A stretch of DNA of 58,286 nt from Aplysia californica (GCF_000002075.1 NW_004797541.1:62001-120286), one strand, 5' to 3'. Positions 23,701-36,517 are shown, counted from the stretch's first letter. Numbers and translations: made by a program. Notes: generated by a model not told the origin, from the letters alone.

Positions 23701-26700
23701 TCTTTTCAGATATAACACATGCATTGTCAAGCTAGTTCTTCTGTCACTGCGCTGGAACGAAAATAAGGAGTTTGTTCTTCTGAGGAGTGAAATTTTTATG
23801 TATTTGTTCGACAGCACCAGTCATATAAACTTTATAAAATTGTTTTTTTCCACAGTTTCGACTAAAGCAAAGTGGTTTGAAAGATCTGATTATCTTAATA
23901 GAAGAACACGGCTCCATACAGAATTTCAGCATTTCTGAGGAAAGGATTAGGCAATCAATAGCAAATTCACAGGTAAAAGCTATACCTCAATGTGATATAT
24001 TGCCACTGTCTTTAGAAAGATCAGTTACTGTAATGAATTTTACTCACTCTTTACAGCAAAGTTAAAGCTTTTTTTGGTGACAGTAACAGTATGTACATTT
24101 TCACAAATTATATATAATAGAGTACAGTGGAGCTTGTTGAAACTAAAATTTGCAGGACCATTAGATTGTGTCTGGTTTTACTGCGTTTTTGGTTTAGAGA
24201 GGTTGCATAAATCGAAGGAAAAACATTGAGGATTTTATTTTCTTTCAGTTTACTGCTGTTCTTGGATTAACTGTTCACTTTAAGCGGACTCCACTGTATT
24301 TTCCATTTCTGAGAAAGTTTTTTTTTTAAGTCGTAGTGTTTTTAAAGTAATTGTTTTTAGCACACTTATTACTTGCATTTTTTCCCCACTTAGTATATTG
24401 TTTGTGATTGCCATTGCTGGTTTGGGACTTGATTAATCACATCATTCCAGGGCTAGCTTTTGTGTGCATGTCATCCTTCCTTCATAATGAAAGATCTTCA
24501 TAAAATGTTGAGCAGTGTTCCTGACACTTTTATACATGCTTCAATTACACTTTAGATTCATTTTTAAAAAATTACATCACAGCTTTTTTTTCTTTTTAGA
24601 ATGTCTTTTTTTTTTTTAACCGAAAAAAATGTACTGTGTCCTCACAAGTTCATTGGTAGTTGTTTTTTTAATGTGATGGAAAAATTCTGAGTAGACAGGC
24701 TATGGCTGCAAAGACATTTGTGTGACATTGTAGTGAAATAAGACGCTTGTCAAAATAATGAAATTTAAGAAACCCGACATTTCTCCACCCGTTGGCGGGC
24801 AATATTTAATTTTCTTTATTGGACTCCTCTTATGTCCGTTTAAAAACACATTTCTGTGTGGATTTTACTGTAAAAAAACATTGATCAAAGGTACAATTGA
24901 TGTACATTTGCAGTTTCTAAGTGCACTCAAACTTTGGAAGTCATCAAACTTTGGCGTCCATTTTCTCACTAATTTTACACCTGACACCAGGTGACCCCCA
25001 CATCCTTCAATGGCAAATATCTTGATTTCCATTCCAAATAGAAGGTATTTTTTTGTTTTCACGTAAAGCAAGGCAAATGAACAGGCTTTGAGACTATACC
25101 AATAACTCCAAACACACCACATAATGATGAGCGCTTGGTTCCATTATTGTGTTGTGACACATTTGTTTTTATTCCCAGATAATCGATGGTTTCAAGGTCA
25201 AACGATGTGGAGGCCCCAAGGATGCTGTTATTTATTTGACAGCTATGACAAGATCTTTGCAACAGCATTTTACTGTGAGCACATACAATCTCATGCTTAT
25301 TGCTTTGGCAATATTTTTTGGTTATTTTTTTTTATTAGACTTGACTTTTTTCGTATATGTGTATTTTGAAGCTGATTCAGCACTTAAAAGAAAGTCTACC
25401 TCTTGTGCCTAATTTGTTGATTGGCTGAAATACTTAGCCTTGTGTTAAAGTTTATATATGTAATGTGACTATGTCATTCATAATGTGCTGGTAAATAGCC
25501 ATAAAGAGTTGTTGAAAATTTGGTCTAGGAATCAGAGATATTTGTACTTTGTGTGGTTAAACTTGAAATATGGTGATGCGTAATTGGTCCTTATTTTACC
25601 GTTTTGTTTTTAATTCAATTGCAGAACAAGACTTTGCATGCTGTGTCTGTAGATCAGCTGAAACAACTGCCGGCGAGGCAAAGCCCACAGAACAGCGATC
25701 ATTACATGTTACCTTTTGATAGCTTCAATGAAGCTTCCGTTAAACAAAAGGTTAGCTCCTTGTACACCAAAGTTAGAATCTTAGTGTATGTATGTATGTA
25801 TGCACTGATGTTGGTTTTTTTTAATAGGTTGAGGGGTCTTTTTTTTTCAACTTCTTTCACTGGATTAATGAATTGATATTTTCATCACTGTAGCCAGTAT
25901 GTTGGAAAACATTAAAATAAATTTGAGGAAAAAAAAAATGTAGCATGCAGCTTAATCTGCTTTGAAATTTGGGTATATTATTACAAGAGTGTGATCCAGT
26001 TTAGTTTACTCATGAGCGAGAATATGTTTAAAGCTTTTTGAACTGAGCTATGTGTTATGTATATTGAATGATGAGATTTTTTTGTGGGTGGAAAATACAT
26101 TTTACTACATTTTGTGTCAATGATGAGGGACATAATTCATGATTGTGTTTGTTTTCCCAGGACTTGGCTGTGAGAGAATTGTTTGCTAAACAACTTGTGC
26201 AAGTGCCTGGTGTGTCGGCAGAAAGAGCTAGGGCCATTACCAACTTTTATCCAACCCTCTCCTCGTAAGTTTTACCATGTCCATGTCAAGTGCTTAAAGT
26301 GCTGACTTTTTAGATGGAATTTGTACTATTTTCTTTTTAAGATTACATTTCAGTTTTCAAATTGTACTTAATCGATTTAATTTGTATAAATGCATACTCA
26401 AAATTTGTGATGTTGAATTATGAATTTTCATATTTTACATTTGTTTTTACTGAACTTACCTAGTATGTTTTATAGACATCAGATTGAGCCATGAATTTAG
26501 GGAAGTGTTTAGACAGCATTTAATATATTGTGTACTTGATTACATCAGTGGAGTCCCCTTTTAACGAGTCTTGAAATAACGAGAAGTCAGTTGTAAGGAC
26601 ACTATTCTAAAACCCCGTTTTTTTTCCTTCTTTATCTCTGTAAATAAAATACTGCTATAACGCAATCAGACAAACACACGAGTCAGTTATAGCGGAATTC

Positions 26701-29700
26701 TGTTGCTGCTGTGCACAGCGCGTAGGCCAATTATAATGTAAAACCTCGCCCGTTGAGAAACATGTTGGTGATCTTGTGAAACAAAGAATGGGTGAGCCCA
26801 CGTGTGCCGACAATGAAGGCTGGAGCGAATGAGTGGAGAGAGTGTAGCATGTGCCAACAAGCAGAACGCATCACGTGATAGGCCAGCTTTGTGTAGATTA
26901 TCTAGGCCTACCATGCCTATCACTTCTCTGATGCAGAGATGGTGAGGTCACAGTGCTGTGATGGATGGAGCGAATGTTTGACGTGGACAGGGTGTGGTGT
27001 GTACCTGTTGTGCGCAAGCAGACGGAACACACCACAGGGTGTGATGGGGTGGGGGACAACACAGTGGGCGAGTTAGCCTAGAGCCCTTCCTTTCAGTGGG
27101 AGAGATCAAGCGAGCTCTAACTGGGTGGTGTATGCGGGCTCCCAACAGGCAGTCGGCGTTGTGATTGGCTAGTCCAGTGATGAGAGAGGTGAGATTGGCG
27201 GTAGGCCTTGAGAGATGGTGCGGAGAGAGAGAGAGAGAAAGAAAGATGGTGCAGAGAGACGCATTACGTGAACCACTCCAAAAGTGATGTAGATCTATGC
27301 AGGGGACCATCCCTACAGCAGGACCGTACCGGAATCCCTATACATGTATATTTATATGCAAACTCATTTACCTGTGCTTGGGTTAAGCGGGGCAAGGAAA
27401 GGCCAGAACTTGGATACAGCGGGAGCGATTGAGTGAGCTCTAGCTGTGAGGATGGGGGGGTGGGGGGCTGTTGGCAGGATCCGAATAGGCAGTCAGCAGT
27501 GCGCGTTGTGATTGGTCAGTCCAGCGATGAGTGAGATGGGGCAGGCGGATGGTGCGGAGAGACATGTTACGTGAGCAACATTACAAAATTTTAAGTGATG
27601 TGCTATAGCCTAAATGCTCAACACCGTATAAGAGCGTATAGGCCATAGCCCTAGGCTAGGCCAAAAAGTAAAAGAAGAGGAGAGTGTGTAGTGTGTGATT
27701 CCTAATTCATTGAAATGCAGTCGTTGATGCTCAGGCATACGGGCACATCCACTTTACCAGTTCTACAGTAGGCCTACCGGTACGATAGACAATAAAAGCA
27801 ACCAACCAAGAAAAGGATGACTTCCAACAAAGACTAAAGGAATTGCTTCTCTCTCGAGTTAACGGCTGAGATACTCAACGAAGTTGACAATAAAAGGAAG
27901 ACTAATATAAAGCGCAAATTTTAGTGATATGGAAGGGATGTAATCATGTAGATATTTAAGAATTTTTTTTCGGTAATTTCCCCTTTGCATTTCTATAGCG
28001 GGAACTTGCCTATAGCTGGATTTTTCTTCTGGAACCAAAAGTCCCACTATAGCTGTGTTGTACTGTATAAACAGAACACCAAATTCATAGATTAGGCCTA
28101 CTTTATTGTTTTGAATCCTGCTATAACAGATATTTCGCACCAGTCCCCTCCCTCTCATTATAACAGGATTCCTCTATAATCATATTGTGGCTCTGTGACA
28201 AGCTGTCGGACAATGAACATTTCGGGAAGTGTTTCATAAAAAGTTAATGGTCTTCAAAGGGCAGACAGGTTCGATTGTTTTGAGTAGATGATCAAAAAAT
28301 GTTCCACGGGCGTGGCAGCATAAAGAAAGGTTACAGATTCAAGTTTTAATTCTTTGAACCTGGAGTGACACTATCAACGTTGAGTTTTGGGTACAGTAGA
28401 CCCTGAAGTAGCGCTCCCAACGTTGATTAACTATCACACTGTGTCCCTCATTTGAGATATGTGGGAACCCTTGTATGCTTTTAAATCACTTAGTTTCATT
28501 TTTTGGTCATAATTTGAAGTGTCACTACTTCCTGGGTAGGTTCAGTTGAGAGAATATTGACTTTGAAGTTGAAGTGCAGAGGGCGAAAGTCCAGCACAGG
28601 TGGAAAATAAACCTCTGGGTTCAAAGTGTTAAGAAAATTTGTTTGCTATTTCTCAAAATGATTTGTAATAAATTGTTTGAATTTCAGGCAACATTTTAAA
28701 AACCTTTTGGTTCAAAACTGGTTTTATCTTTCCATATTTCATAAATTGCACTGAGTCTATTTTCTACAATATCTCAAAATAGCCTTCTACTTCTCTGACA
28801 GGTTTTCTAGGAGCCATGCACAAATAAATGACTTATTTTTTGGGGGATGCCCTTTCTTTTTCCTCTTTGCATTTGCCTTTCACAGGTTACTGCAAGCCTA
28901 CAATGGATGTAGCACAGAGAAAGCGAAAGAAAGTCTGCTTTCCACAATCAAATGCGGCAAGAATGACAGGTATTTTATTTCAGAAAAGAGAAATATGATT
29001 GATGTCAAGACTTAATTGTTAAATGATTTCAGAATCTTATTTCTTAGAGTTCTTTAATCTTAGAAAGAGTAAACCCTGATTTTTGTTTTCCTGACTACCG
29101 TAAGACCACATGCCACCGACTGCAAATGAGCACTGTTGTGATATCTTGGATGTGTACATTGTTTTATTTGCAGCAGTTGATTCATTACTCAATTTTTATC
29201 TACCGATGTCTTGATAAGTCCAACTTTTTCCCCAGACTCATCCTTTCCTAGTAAGGATTCTGAGAAACTCCCAGTTTTGGATTTTTAGGGGTTGTCAAGT
29301 CTGAATTTTTGGTCTCTAGTAACTGGGAGTTTGAGTAGAGTTTTCACTCTCTCTACTTTATTTGTAGAATCCAAATTCCAAATTGTTACATTTTCTAAGC
29401 CCATGGTTCCAATTCTGGATGCTAGGCTTGCAGAAGATATAGGAATTTGATTCCCATGCAGGTCGACTATTTTATCAAGTGCGATAAAATTTACTCGGCT
29501 ACCTATCCAAGACAATCACTTGTACAAAAAAAACCCACTCCCCACTTCTCCTGTACTCTTTTTTTTTCTATCAATTACATGTGTATAATAACATTGCCCA
29601 AGAGGACCTTCTGTCTAAGATGACTACGTTTCAGACTTTTTCTCTTCTGTTTGAATAGTTTCCCACACAGCCCCAATTTGCCCTTACAGATGGTTTGAAT

Positions 29701-30027
29701 TGGTCTAAATCCTGTAATCTCCCCAACAGTTTCTTAAATACTGTTGCCCTGTGCTATAGACCATTTTCTCTTATACTCTTACAGCTGAACTGTGCAAGGA
29801 TTTGTCACTTGAGTGTTGTTAATTTCACGCCTAATGAACTGAAACATTTACAATCACACATCCAGTTCAGGATGTCAGCAAAAGTAATTTTTTTTTTTAC
29901 ATGTATGAGGTTGGCCTTCCTTGGATTTTCCAACTTTCTGTCTGTTCTTTTCTTCTGCAGGAACTTGGGTATTGCTGTCAGCCGACTCATATCCTTGCTC
30001 TACACACAAAGTGGCAGTTTATCTTGA
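14601..30027 (+). CDS. MUS81: Crossover junction endonuclease MUS81, complete, 16 coding exons, about 1005 aa
   Basis: Exons 14601-14753, 15460-15532, 15983-16039, 16656-16951, 18479-18574, 19504-19584, 20034-20122, 20588-21931, 22522-22656, 23100-23199, 23856-23972, 25179-25274, 25625-25750, 26161-26264, 28886-28969, 29961-30027. All GT-AG and phase-consistent, 3018 nt. N-terminal HhH ([13 protein letters not shown]...[22 protein letters not shown]), winged helix ([13 protein letters not shown]...[15 protein letters not shown]), ERCC4 nuclease ([30 protein letters not shown]), C-terminal HhH2. Confidence 0.96.
15015..15215 (+). mobile_element. RTE/BovB-like LINE 3' fragment
   Basis: [25 protein letters not shown]...WKIMIAHV plus (TGA)n tail. 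Confidence 0.8.
15460..15532 (+). CDS. MUS81: MUS81 coding exon 2
   Basis: [24 protein letters not shown](G)|gtaag. Confidence 0.95.
15983..16039 (+). CDS. MUS81: MUS81 coding exon 3
   Basis: (G)[18 protein letters not shown]|gttagt. Confidence 0.93.
16656..16951 (+). CDS. MUS81: MUS81 coding exon 4 (low-complexity linker)
   Basis: Open frame ADEENMPQ...PCPPPSK; phase 1 in, phase 0 out, as the flanking exons require. Confidence 0.75.
17040..17325 (+). mobile_element. tRNA-derived SINE with conserved central domain and L2/CR1-type tail
   Basis: A/B-box-like head, core gttgtgtccttgggaaaggcact...cctcacttcacccaggtg, tail tgtgaagcgcatagagc...gcgctat; second copy at 31484-31840 (-). Confidence 0.85.
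18479..18574 (+). CDS. MUS81: MUS81 coding exon 5
   Basis: [32 protein letters not shown]|gtgagt. Confidence 0.93.
19504..19584 (+). CDS. MUS81: MUS81 coding exon 6
   Basis: [27 protein letters not shown]|gtgagt. Confidence 0.93.
20034..20122 (+). CDS. MUS81: MUS81 coding exon 7
   Basis: [29 protein letters not shown](R)|gtaatg. Confidence 0.95.
20588..21931 (+). CDS. MUS81: MUS81 coding exon 8 (1344 nt; end of winged helix, long linker, start of nuclease domain)
   Basis: [14 protein letters not shown]...[19 protein letters not shown]|gtaagt, continuous open frame. Confidence 0.9.
22365..22500. repeat. Short tandem repeat (~35-38 bp, TTTGAGRAGAATTTTTTGAGGTTTT...CATTTC), about 4 copies
   Basis: Seen directly, just upstream of the MUS81 exon 9 acceptor. 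Confidence 0.7.
22522..22656 (+). CDS. MUS81: MUS81 coding exon 9
   Basis: [44 protein letters not shown](G). Confidence 0.9.
23100..23199 (+). CDS. MUS81: MUS81 coding exon 10 (ERKxxxD motif)
   Basis: [33 protein letters not shown]|gtatgc. Confidence 0.96.
23856..23972 (+). CDS. MUS81: MUS81 coding exon 11
   Basis: [39 protein letters not shown]|gtaaa. Confidence 0.95.
24125..24296. mobile_element. Tc1/mariner-pogo MITE
   Basis: TA|CAGTGGAG ... CTCCACTG|TA. Confidence 0.8.
25179..25274 (+). CDS. MUS81: MUS81 coding exon 12
   Basis: [32 protein letters not shown]|gtgagc. Confidence 0.94.
25625..25750 (+). CDS. MUS81: MUS81 coding exon 13
   Basis: [42 protein letters not shown]|gttagc. 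Confidence 0.92.
26161..26264 (+). CDS. MUS81: MUS81 coding exon 14 (HhH)
   Basis: [34 protein letters not shown](S)|gtaagt. Confidence 0.95.
26546..28176 (+). mobile_element. Decayed pogo/Tigger-like element
   Basis: CAGTGGAGTCCCC...TAACGAG left end, ATAACAGG subterminal motifs at the right, and a degenerate CENP-B-like HTH reading near 27820-27930. Confidence 0.55.
28215..28440 (-). mobile_element. Old L2/CR1-like LINE 3' remnant
   Basis: Degenerate minus-strand F.YAA..WN-type reading and position of a tail; weak. Confidence 0.35.
28886..28969 (+). CDS. MUS81: MUS81 coding exon 15
   Basis: [27 protein letters not shown](R)|gtattt. Confidence 0.94.
29961..30027 (+). CDS. MUS81: MUS81 terminal coding exon 16
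   Basis: ctgcag|G AAC TTG GGT...; [21 protein letters not shown]. Confidence 0.94.
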
Positions 30028-30353
30028 CGAAGTGTATTATGAGCATAGACAGACATGTTATTTATAATGGAAAGCATTATTAGTGAACTCCTGTCTCTTA
30101 TTAGTATAGCACATTCTTTGTGCGGTTATAGCAGTTGTAGGTTGTAAAATGGAAATGAAAACATATGTGAACAATGGTTATAAAAGATGAAATTAAAGTA
30201 CTTTTACTTAAGTATTTTTATCTTTTGTAGGTGTCCTTGTGTTTATTTTTTAATTCCTTCTGATGTTGATTTGGTCATTTTCACTGCTCTTGAAGAAAAG
30301 TCACATTAACAAAAGTACTTGGAAATGGTGTATAATTTTTACAAATATTTTAA

Positions 30354-32900
30354 CCCTTTGTTGCATGAGGTATGAAGATTACCTAGAAAGCTGAAATTTG
30401 GTATGTGACCTGCATTTGGCATTACATTACCATCTCAAAAGTCATTTTTGACAAATTATAATCGTGGAGCCTGTAAAAAGTTGTCCAAAATATTGGACGC
30501 CATGAACTTGAGAGGATTTCCTTCCTAGTCAGGTGTCCAAAATATTGGACGCAATGTGTTGTGGTTACCTGTACCTATTGCTACACATTCAAATAAACTC
30601 ATTTGAAACAACAAATAGAACATCTGAACATCCTAATCAAAAAGAAAAATCGAACTGTTGATAGAATTACAATTTATTTGATTTTTATCAAAACACACTT
30701 GTTCCCTTCAAGATCAGAAAGTTAAAAATAGTCATTTTTCATTCTCATCCTTGTTTAAGATAAACCGATACACATTGCCTTTTCTTCACCTTACTACTCT
30801 GTATTTTCTTTCTACACATTCACACACTCTTTCTCTTTACTTTATCAACAAATACTCATAAACAGACTGAGAACTACAATGTATTTGTACTACTATGGCA
30901 TTCTATTCATGATGGAAAAGGTAAAAACAGTCCTCAGTCTCATCCTTGCTTGAGATGCACAGATACACACTGCACTCTCTGTACATGTACACACTCTTTC
31001 TTTTGCACTGAAGCCTTTCGCACCTCTGACCGTCTTTCACTTTCATTCGTTTTGGAAAGTGATCTACTCTGTTGTAACTCAGATCAGGAAACTCATCCTT
31101 TGCCGAGAGTGATCTCACAGGAATCTCAGGAAGCATGTCTTTATTCTGAGATGCTCGGTTGGCAAGGATAAGCTCCCTAGCAACTTGTAGCTTGAATGCA
31201 GCCATTTGCATAAAGCAATTATCTGCCTTCAAAGCCCTGTTCAACAGCCAAGCATTGGTTACACACAGATCTGTCAGATGAAGCAAAATGCGTTTATACC
31301 ACTTTTTTGATTTCATGCAATTTCTGTAAAGGGCCAGGAGCATGTCACATTTATCAACCCCACCCATATTCTGATTTTAGCTTTTAATGAGCTCAGGGCA
31401 GGAACATCAATATGTTTTTTAGCCTTCCCATCCCACCTCTTTACCTTGTGAGTTGGTTCGACGCTGTGCACATTTGAAGCAACAATAATAATAATAGATA
31501 GCATTTGTATAGCGCAAATCCCCGCTCAACAGCAAGCTCTATGCGCTTCACAATCTATACTATTACCCCAGCAGACCTGAGAGCATTCTGAAACAAACTC
31601 AACTTCCTGGGAAGCATACAGTGCAAGCAGCCATTTATAGGCGCTAAAACACTAACATACTGACAAGATCTTTCACTGTCTATGGCCGGGTACCCATTTC
31701 CACCTCGGTGAAGTGAGGAAAATTCGTGTAAAGTGCCTTTTCTCAAGGACACAACATCGGGCCCACGGCTCGAAACCCTGACCCCGCAACCTCACAATTA
31801 CGAGTCCGGTAGCCTAACCACTAGGTCACCGACGCCACACACAACACGAACAACTTTATTGTCAAACCATTGACAGATAAGGATGGAGCTATCTGTGTCT
31901 GTTCTAAAGTCAAAGACCCCTCTTCCCTTCTTCTTTAAGTCCTTCGTACAAAGCAAAGGGCAACCTCTTGCTCTGTTTGCTCTCAGTGTGGATTTGGCCT
32001 GGATACCCACTTCCTTCAATGCAACATTGAGATCGGGAGAGGCAAAAAAGTTGTCAAAATAGACATGTGATCCTGTTGGCTGAATTTGCACAAGGAGCAT
32101 GACGATTTCCCCAGATTTACCAATATTCAGCGTTTGATCACTTGACCACAGTGAAGAAGAGGGAGAATCTTCTCAAACCGGTTAACAGTCATGCTGTCTG
32201 CGACAATGTCCTGTCTCGTATTCGGAGACCAGTACCAGCGTCTAAAAGGCAAATCTACTATTCATATATACAGACAAATGCCAATAAATGTTCTCATTTC
32301 TTGGACGGTTGGATGACTTTAACTTGTCCACATCCAATTCTTAGTCGGTTTGACTCAAAGGTAAGTTTGTCCCAAATATCATTACTGAACAAAACATTGA
32401 ACATCTGGAGGGGCGTCTTTCCTTCTTCAGCCAGACCTCTTTATGTGAGTTGACTCTGGATTGTTGTGTTCAGGGAGGTCTTTTTTTACCCAATGCCAGG
32501 TACGTCTTTGAAAAAAAAAGAAGAAAAAAACAATGTTTCTAATTTGTTGATGTGCAAATGAAACAGAAAAAAGCATGGAATATCACAACTAGGACAGGGG
32601 CATAGGAGAAAAAAAGCATGGAATTTGACAACCAGGACTGCGGTAGGAGTAAAAAGCGTATTTTGGACATGTCTATTTTTAGCAACAGTTTCTAAGTTCA
32701 TGGTGTCCAATATATTGGACGCTACAAAATGGTTGTTTCCTCTTGTGAATGCATGTTGTCCAAAATTAGCTGATTTTATGCACTGTCCAAAATATCGGAT
32801 GACATGCAATTTTCAGTGTAAAACAAAAAATGTATTTGTAATTATTTCAAATAACACTTGATATTGAAAATTAAAAGATTATGATAAGCTTTTTTCTTTA
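30354..32900 (-). mobile_element. Decayed piggyBac (PGBD2/3-like) transposon
   Basis: TTAA|CCCT end at 30350-30357; fragments HVYFDNFFASPDL...TLRANR...QWFDNKVV, VASNVHSVEP...RWD, MGGVDKCDMLLALYR...KWYKRI and a C-terminal Cys-rich domain; repeated GTCCAAAATATTGGAC subterminal motifs at both ends; right terminus not seen. Confidence 0.9.
31484..31840 (-). mobile_element. tRNA-derived SINE inserted in the piggyBac ORF
   Basis: Same family as 17040-17325; separates WFDNKVVR from VASNVH. Confidence 0.88.
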
Positions 32901-34873
32901 ATACAAACGAAACCCAACAAAATCTGACAGAGAAGTTGCTCACCTTTTCGCTGATGGTGTGGCCATCTTTGTGTTGTGATGGAAACAGGGCTGCCAGTTT
33001 TTTATCTGGTATGGGGCCAACAATATCACAATTTGGGGCCAAACCATACTTAACCCACCCACCCCNNNNNNNNNNNNNNNNNNNNNNNNNNNNNNNNNNN
33101 NNNNNNNNNNNNNNNNNNNNNNNNNNNNNNNNNNNNNNNNNNNNNNNNNNNNNNNNNNNNNNNNNNNNNNNNNNNNNNNNNNNNNNNNNNNNNNNNNNNN
33201 NNNNNNNNNNNNNNNNNNNNNNNNNNNNNNNNNNNNNNNNNNNNNNNNNNNNNNNNNNNNNNNNNNNNNNNNNNNNNNNNNNNNNNNNNNNNNNNNNNNN
33301 NNNNNNNNNNNNNNNNNNNNNNNNNNNNNNNNNNNNNNNNNNNNNNNNNNNNNNNNNNNNNNNNNNNNNNNNNNNNNNNNNNNNNNNNNNNNNNNNNNNN
33401 NNNNNNNNNNNNNNNNNNNNNNNNNNNNNNNNNNNNNNNNNNNNNNNNNNNNNNNNNNNNNNNNNNNNNNNNNNNNNNNNNNNNNNNNNNNNNNNNNNNN
33501 NNNNNNNNNNNNNNNNNNNNNNNNNNNNNNNNNNNNNNNNNNNNNNNNNNNNNNNNNNNNNNNNNNNNNNNNNNNNNNNNNNNNNNNNNNNNNNNNNNNN
33601 NNNNNNNNNNNNNNNNNNNNNNNNNNNNNNNNNNNNNNNNNNNNNNNNNNNNNNNNNNNNNNNNNNNNNNNNNNNNNNNNNNNNNNNNNNNNNNNNNNNN
33701 NNNNNNNNNNNNNNNNNNNNNNNNNNNNNNNNNNNNNNNNNNNNNNNNNNNNNNNNNNNNNNNNNNNNNNNNNNNNNNNNNNNNNNNNNNNNNNNNNNNN
33801 NNNCAAGTAACAAGAAAGCTATATACACTACACACTGTCTGGGCGGACAATTCTTCATAAAGGAGAAAAGGCTGTTTGTGGCCTCTTCGTCCTCTTGCTC
33901 AGCTGCTGCCCCTGTTGGATACAGGATTGATGTTTTGTGTTTTTTCAGCTTAGTTTCAGTTGCAGAGAATATGTTGCAACACTTCCTTCACACTTGCAGA
34001 TGGGACTTGATGCGGACTATTGCGTCTAGACAGCTCACTCCCATGCAGTTCCTCTGTTTGGTTTTGGTAGAGCTGACGAAGGAAAAAATTCTCTCAATCA
34101 GTCACTGCATTGCTGGAGGGAATGGCATGAAACCCAGTCGTCTTCTTAACACCTTCCCAAAATGGAATGCTTTCCCTTGGTATGTCGCTGTCCCTGAACA
34201 CTGCTTTGTTCGACTAATCCATAAGATGTATTCGCCTGTACTGTTCTTTCACCCATTTCACCCCATCTTGATCCACCAAAAACAAAAAGGGCAAGTCCTG
34301 AAACTTTGGCTTTTGAAGCTGGTTGTGAGCACAATGGAGGGGCTTAGTAGGGACACTCCACAGAAAACATTCTTTGTTTCAGACAGTCTCTTGTCCACTT
34401 AAACTATTGTCACTTCAATCGTTTTCTTGCACCTCTGCTTCATTTCATGGATGCGCTTCGTCGCTACTGCACCCACTGGGTTGTTACCCGATGCGCCTGC
34501 AGCATCCAGGTATTTCTGGCATTCTGTCAGAAATTTAAACCCGTAGTCCACCTCTTCAGCTGACTTCACAGTCCCATCTGCTTTATACAATCTTGAGTGT
34601 AAACTTCTGTAGTGTATGTCCAGTTCATGCATCAGCTCATTTGGGTCCCCATGCTTTGCTTGGAATTTGCTATTCACCCTTTTTCAAATTCCTGCACGAG
34701 TGGTGTCGCAAACTGAAAAACGATGTAGTTGGGCATATCATTTAGCATTTCCCTCAGCAAGCGGGCTTTGTATCGAACATCAGGTTGCATACTTTGCTTT
34801 ACTACACTGAAGTATGCTGCCAGCTCAAATCAATTTTCCAAAAATGTTCTGCATAACTTTGCCTCTAACTAAC

Positions 34874-35053
34874 CTGTCCCCACAGTTTTATGCAAAATTA
34901 ATTCTGAAATTATGCAAACTGAGCCGAAAAATGTAAAATTATGCGATTCTGTTAATTTTTTTACAAAGAATGATACAGGCAAATAATAAGAAATTATGCA
35001 AAAAATAATAAAATTTTGCAAAATTATGCGGGGTGCATAAACCACGGGGACAG
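34874..35053. mobile_element. MITE with CTGTCCCC TIR and 6-bp TSD (copy 1)
   Basis: actaac|CTGTCCCCA...CGGGGACAG|actaac. Confidence 0.85.
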
Positions 35054-36172
35054 ACTAACCTTCTGGTTGCAGATGTCTTTTGAAACGGAGTGGGTACACT
35101 TGTGCCGCTTTCAAGTCCGGTGTCTGTGTTCATAACGTTGAACAAGGACATGAACTGGTCTCTTCTTAAACTCGATTTCTTAAACCATGATGGGATTTCT
35201 GTGAGAAGATGACCCTAGACAGATTGCAATTCATTGAACGCCCACTGAATAGCGGGGGCCAACGAGTGGCATATATATTTCAGCTTCACACAGTTCACTG
35301 CATTGGCCTTGATTCTAGCCCAAACACTGTTGTTGTCCATCAGCAGCAAACCCAATGCATTTTGACACGTCCAACCCATATGCTGTGAGTTCTGCCTCCA
35401 AAGTATCGTCGTACAGTGTCTCCGCAGTAGTATCTACTACCGTGATCAGACCTAGAAAATCAGCCATAACTCCACCGGTGTCACTAACATAACACACGAC
35501 AATACATAGAAGTTTCTGTGAAGACACGTCTGTGGATTCATCAATGACCACAACAAAGCGTTTATCCTTCAGATCACGAATCACTTCTTCTTTCAGTGAT
35601 GGGGCTATGCAATGCTTGATGATTGCTGAGCATTTGGTACGATGCATTCTGTGTGCGCCAATGGGTCTGCCTACCGCGTGTTTTGAATATAACCTTTCCG
35701 AGAGGATCAATAGATCCAATAGAACAGTGACATGCTATTGCAGCAGCTAACTCAATATAAGCCATCTTTACTGATTCCACTGGTGCTTGATGAAGCCTTC
35801 TTCGCCTGTTGAATAAACAGTAGATACATGTGTGTAAGCACATATTTTGTATTGTTATCTACACAAATATACACTAGAAAATCTGCATTAATTAGTCAAA
35901 CAGTGAAAATATAGGTACACTGTAATATGCCCTCTTACGGAAATGCATTTCTGTCCTCTAATAGCTACAAAAAACAAGAGTAAATTAAGAGTAGGGTGGT
36001 TAAATTTAAATGTGTGTGAGTGTTAGTATAGCCTAAACACATAAACATACAAAATTAGCCTTTTGGCTATATAAATTATCCTAAAAGTACAGGGTAATTT
36101 GAGCAGGGGATCTCCTACGGCCGCAGCCATTTTCAAATTCAGAAGAAAAAAAAAGGCACACCCTGTGTAGGG

Positions 36173-36360
36173 CTGTCCTCGTGGTTTTACGCACCCCGCA
36201 TAATTGAGCAAAATTTGATCATTTTTTGCATAATTTCTGATTTACTTTCCTTTATCATTCTTTTTTAAATATTAACAGAATCGCATAATTTCACATTTTT
36301 GGGGATCAGTTTGCATAATTTCAGAATTTTTCTTGCATAAAAATAAAACGACGGGGACCG
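36173..36360. mobile_element. MITE with CTGTCCCC-type TIR and 6-bp TSD (copy 2, inverted relative to copy 1)
   Basis: gtaggg|CTGTCCTCG...CGGGGACCG|gtaggg. Confidence 0.85.
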
Positions 36361-36517
36361 GTAGGGCTTAGCCATTTTTAAGATAATTATATTATTCTAG
36401 ACCTTTGCTCCGAGGGCTCGAGTCTGCGCTGAGGGCAGAGGGGCAGCCCCCGTTATTCCGACACCCCTGAAAAACGAAAGTGAAAATAAATATAATTATG
36501 TAGGCTGCTATATAATG

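Noticed and set aside
32842-34402. Long ORFs of 266-488 aa in the ORF track
   Set aside because: They run through N gaps (poly-X); the real coding remnant is the minus-strand hAT transposase.
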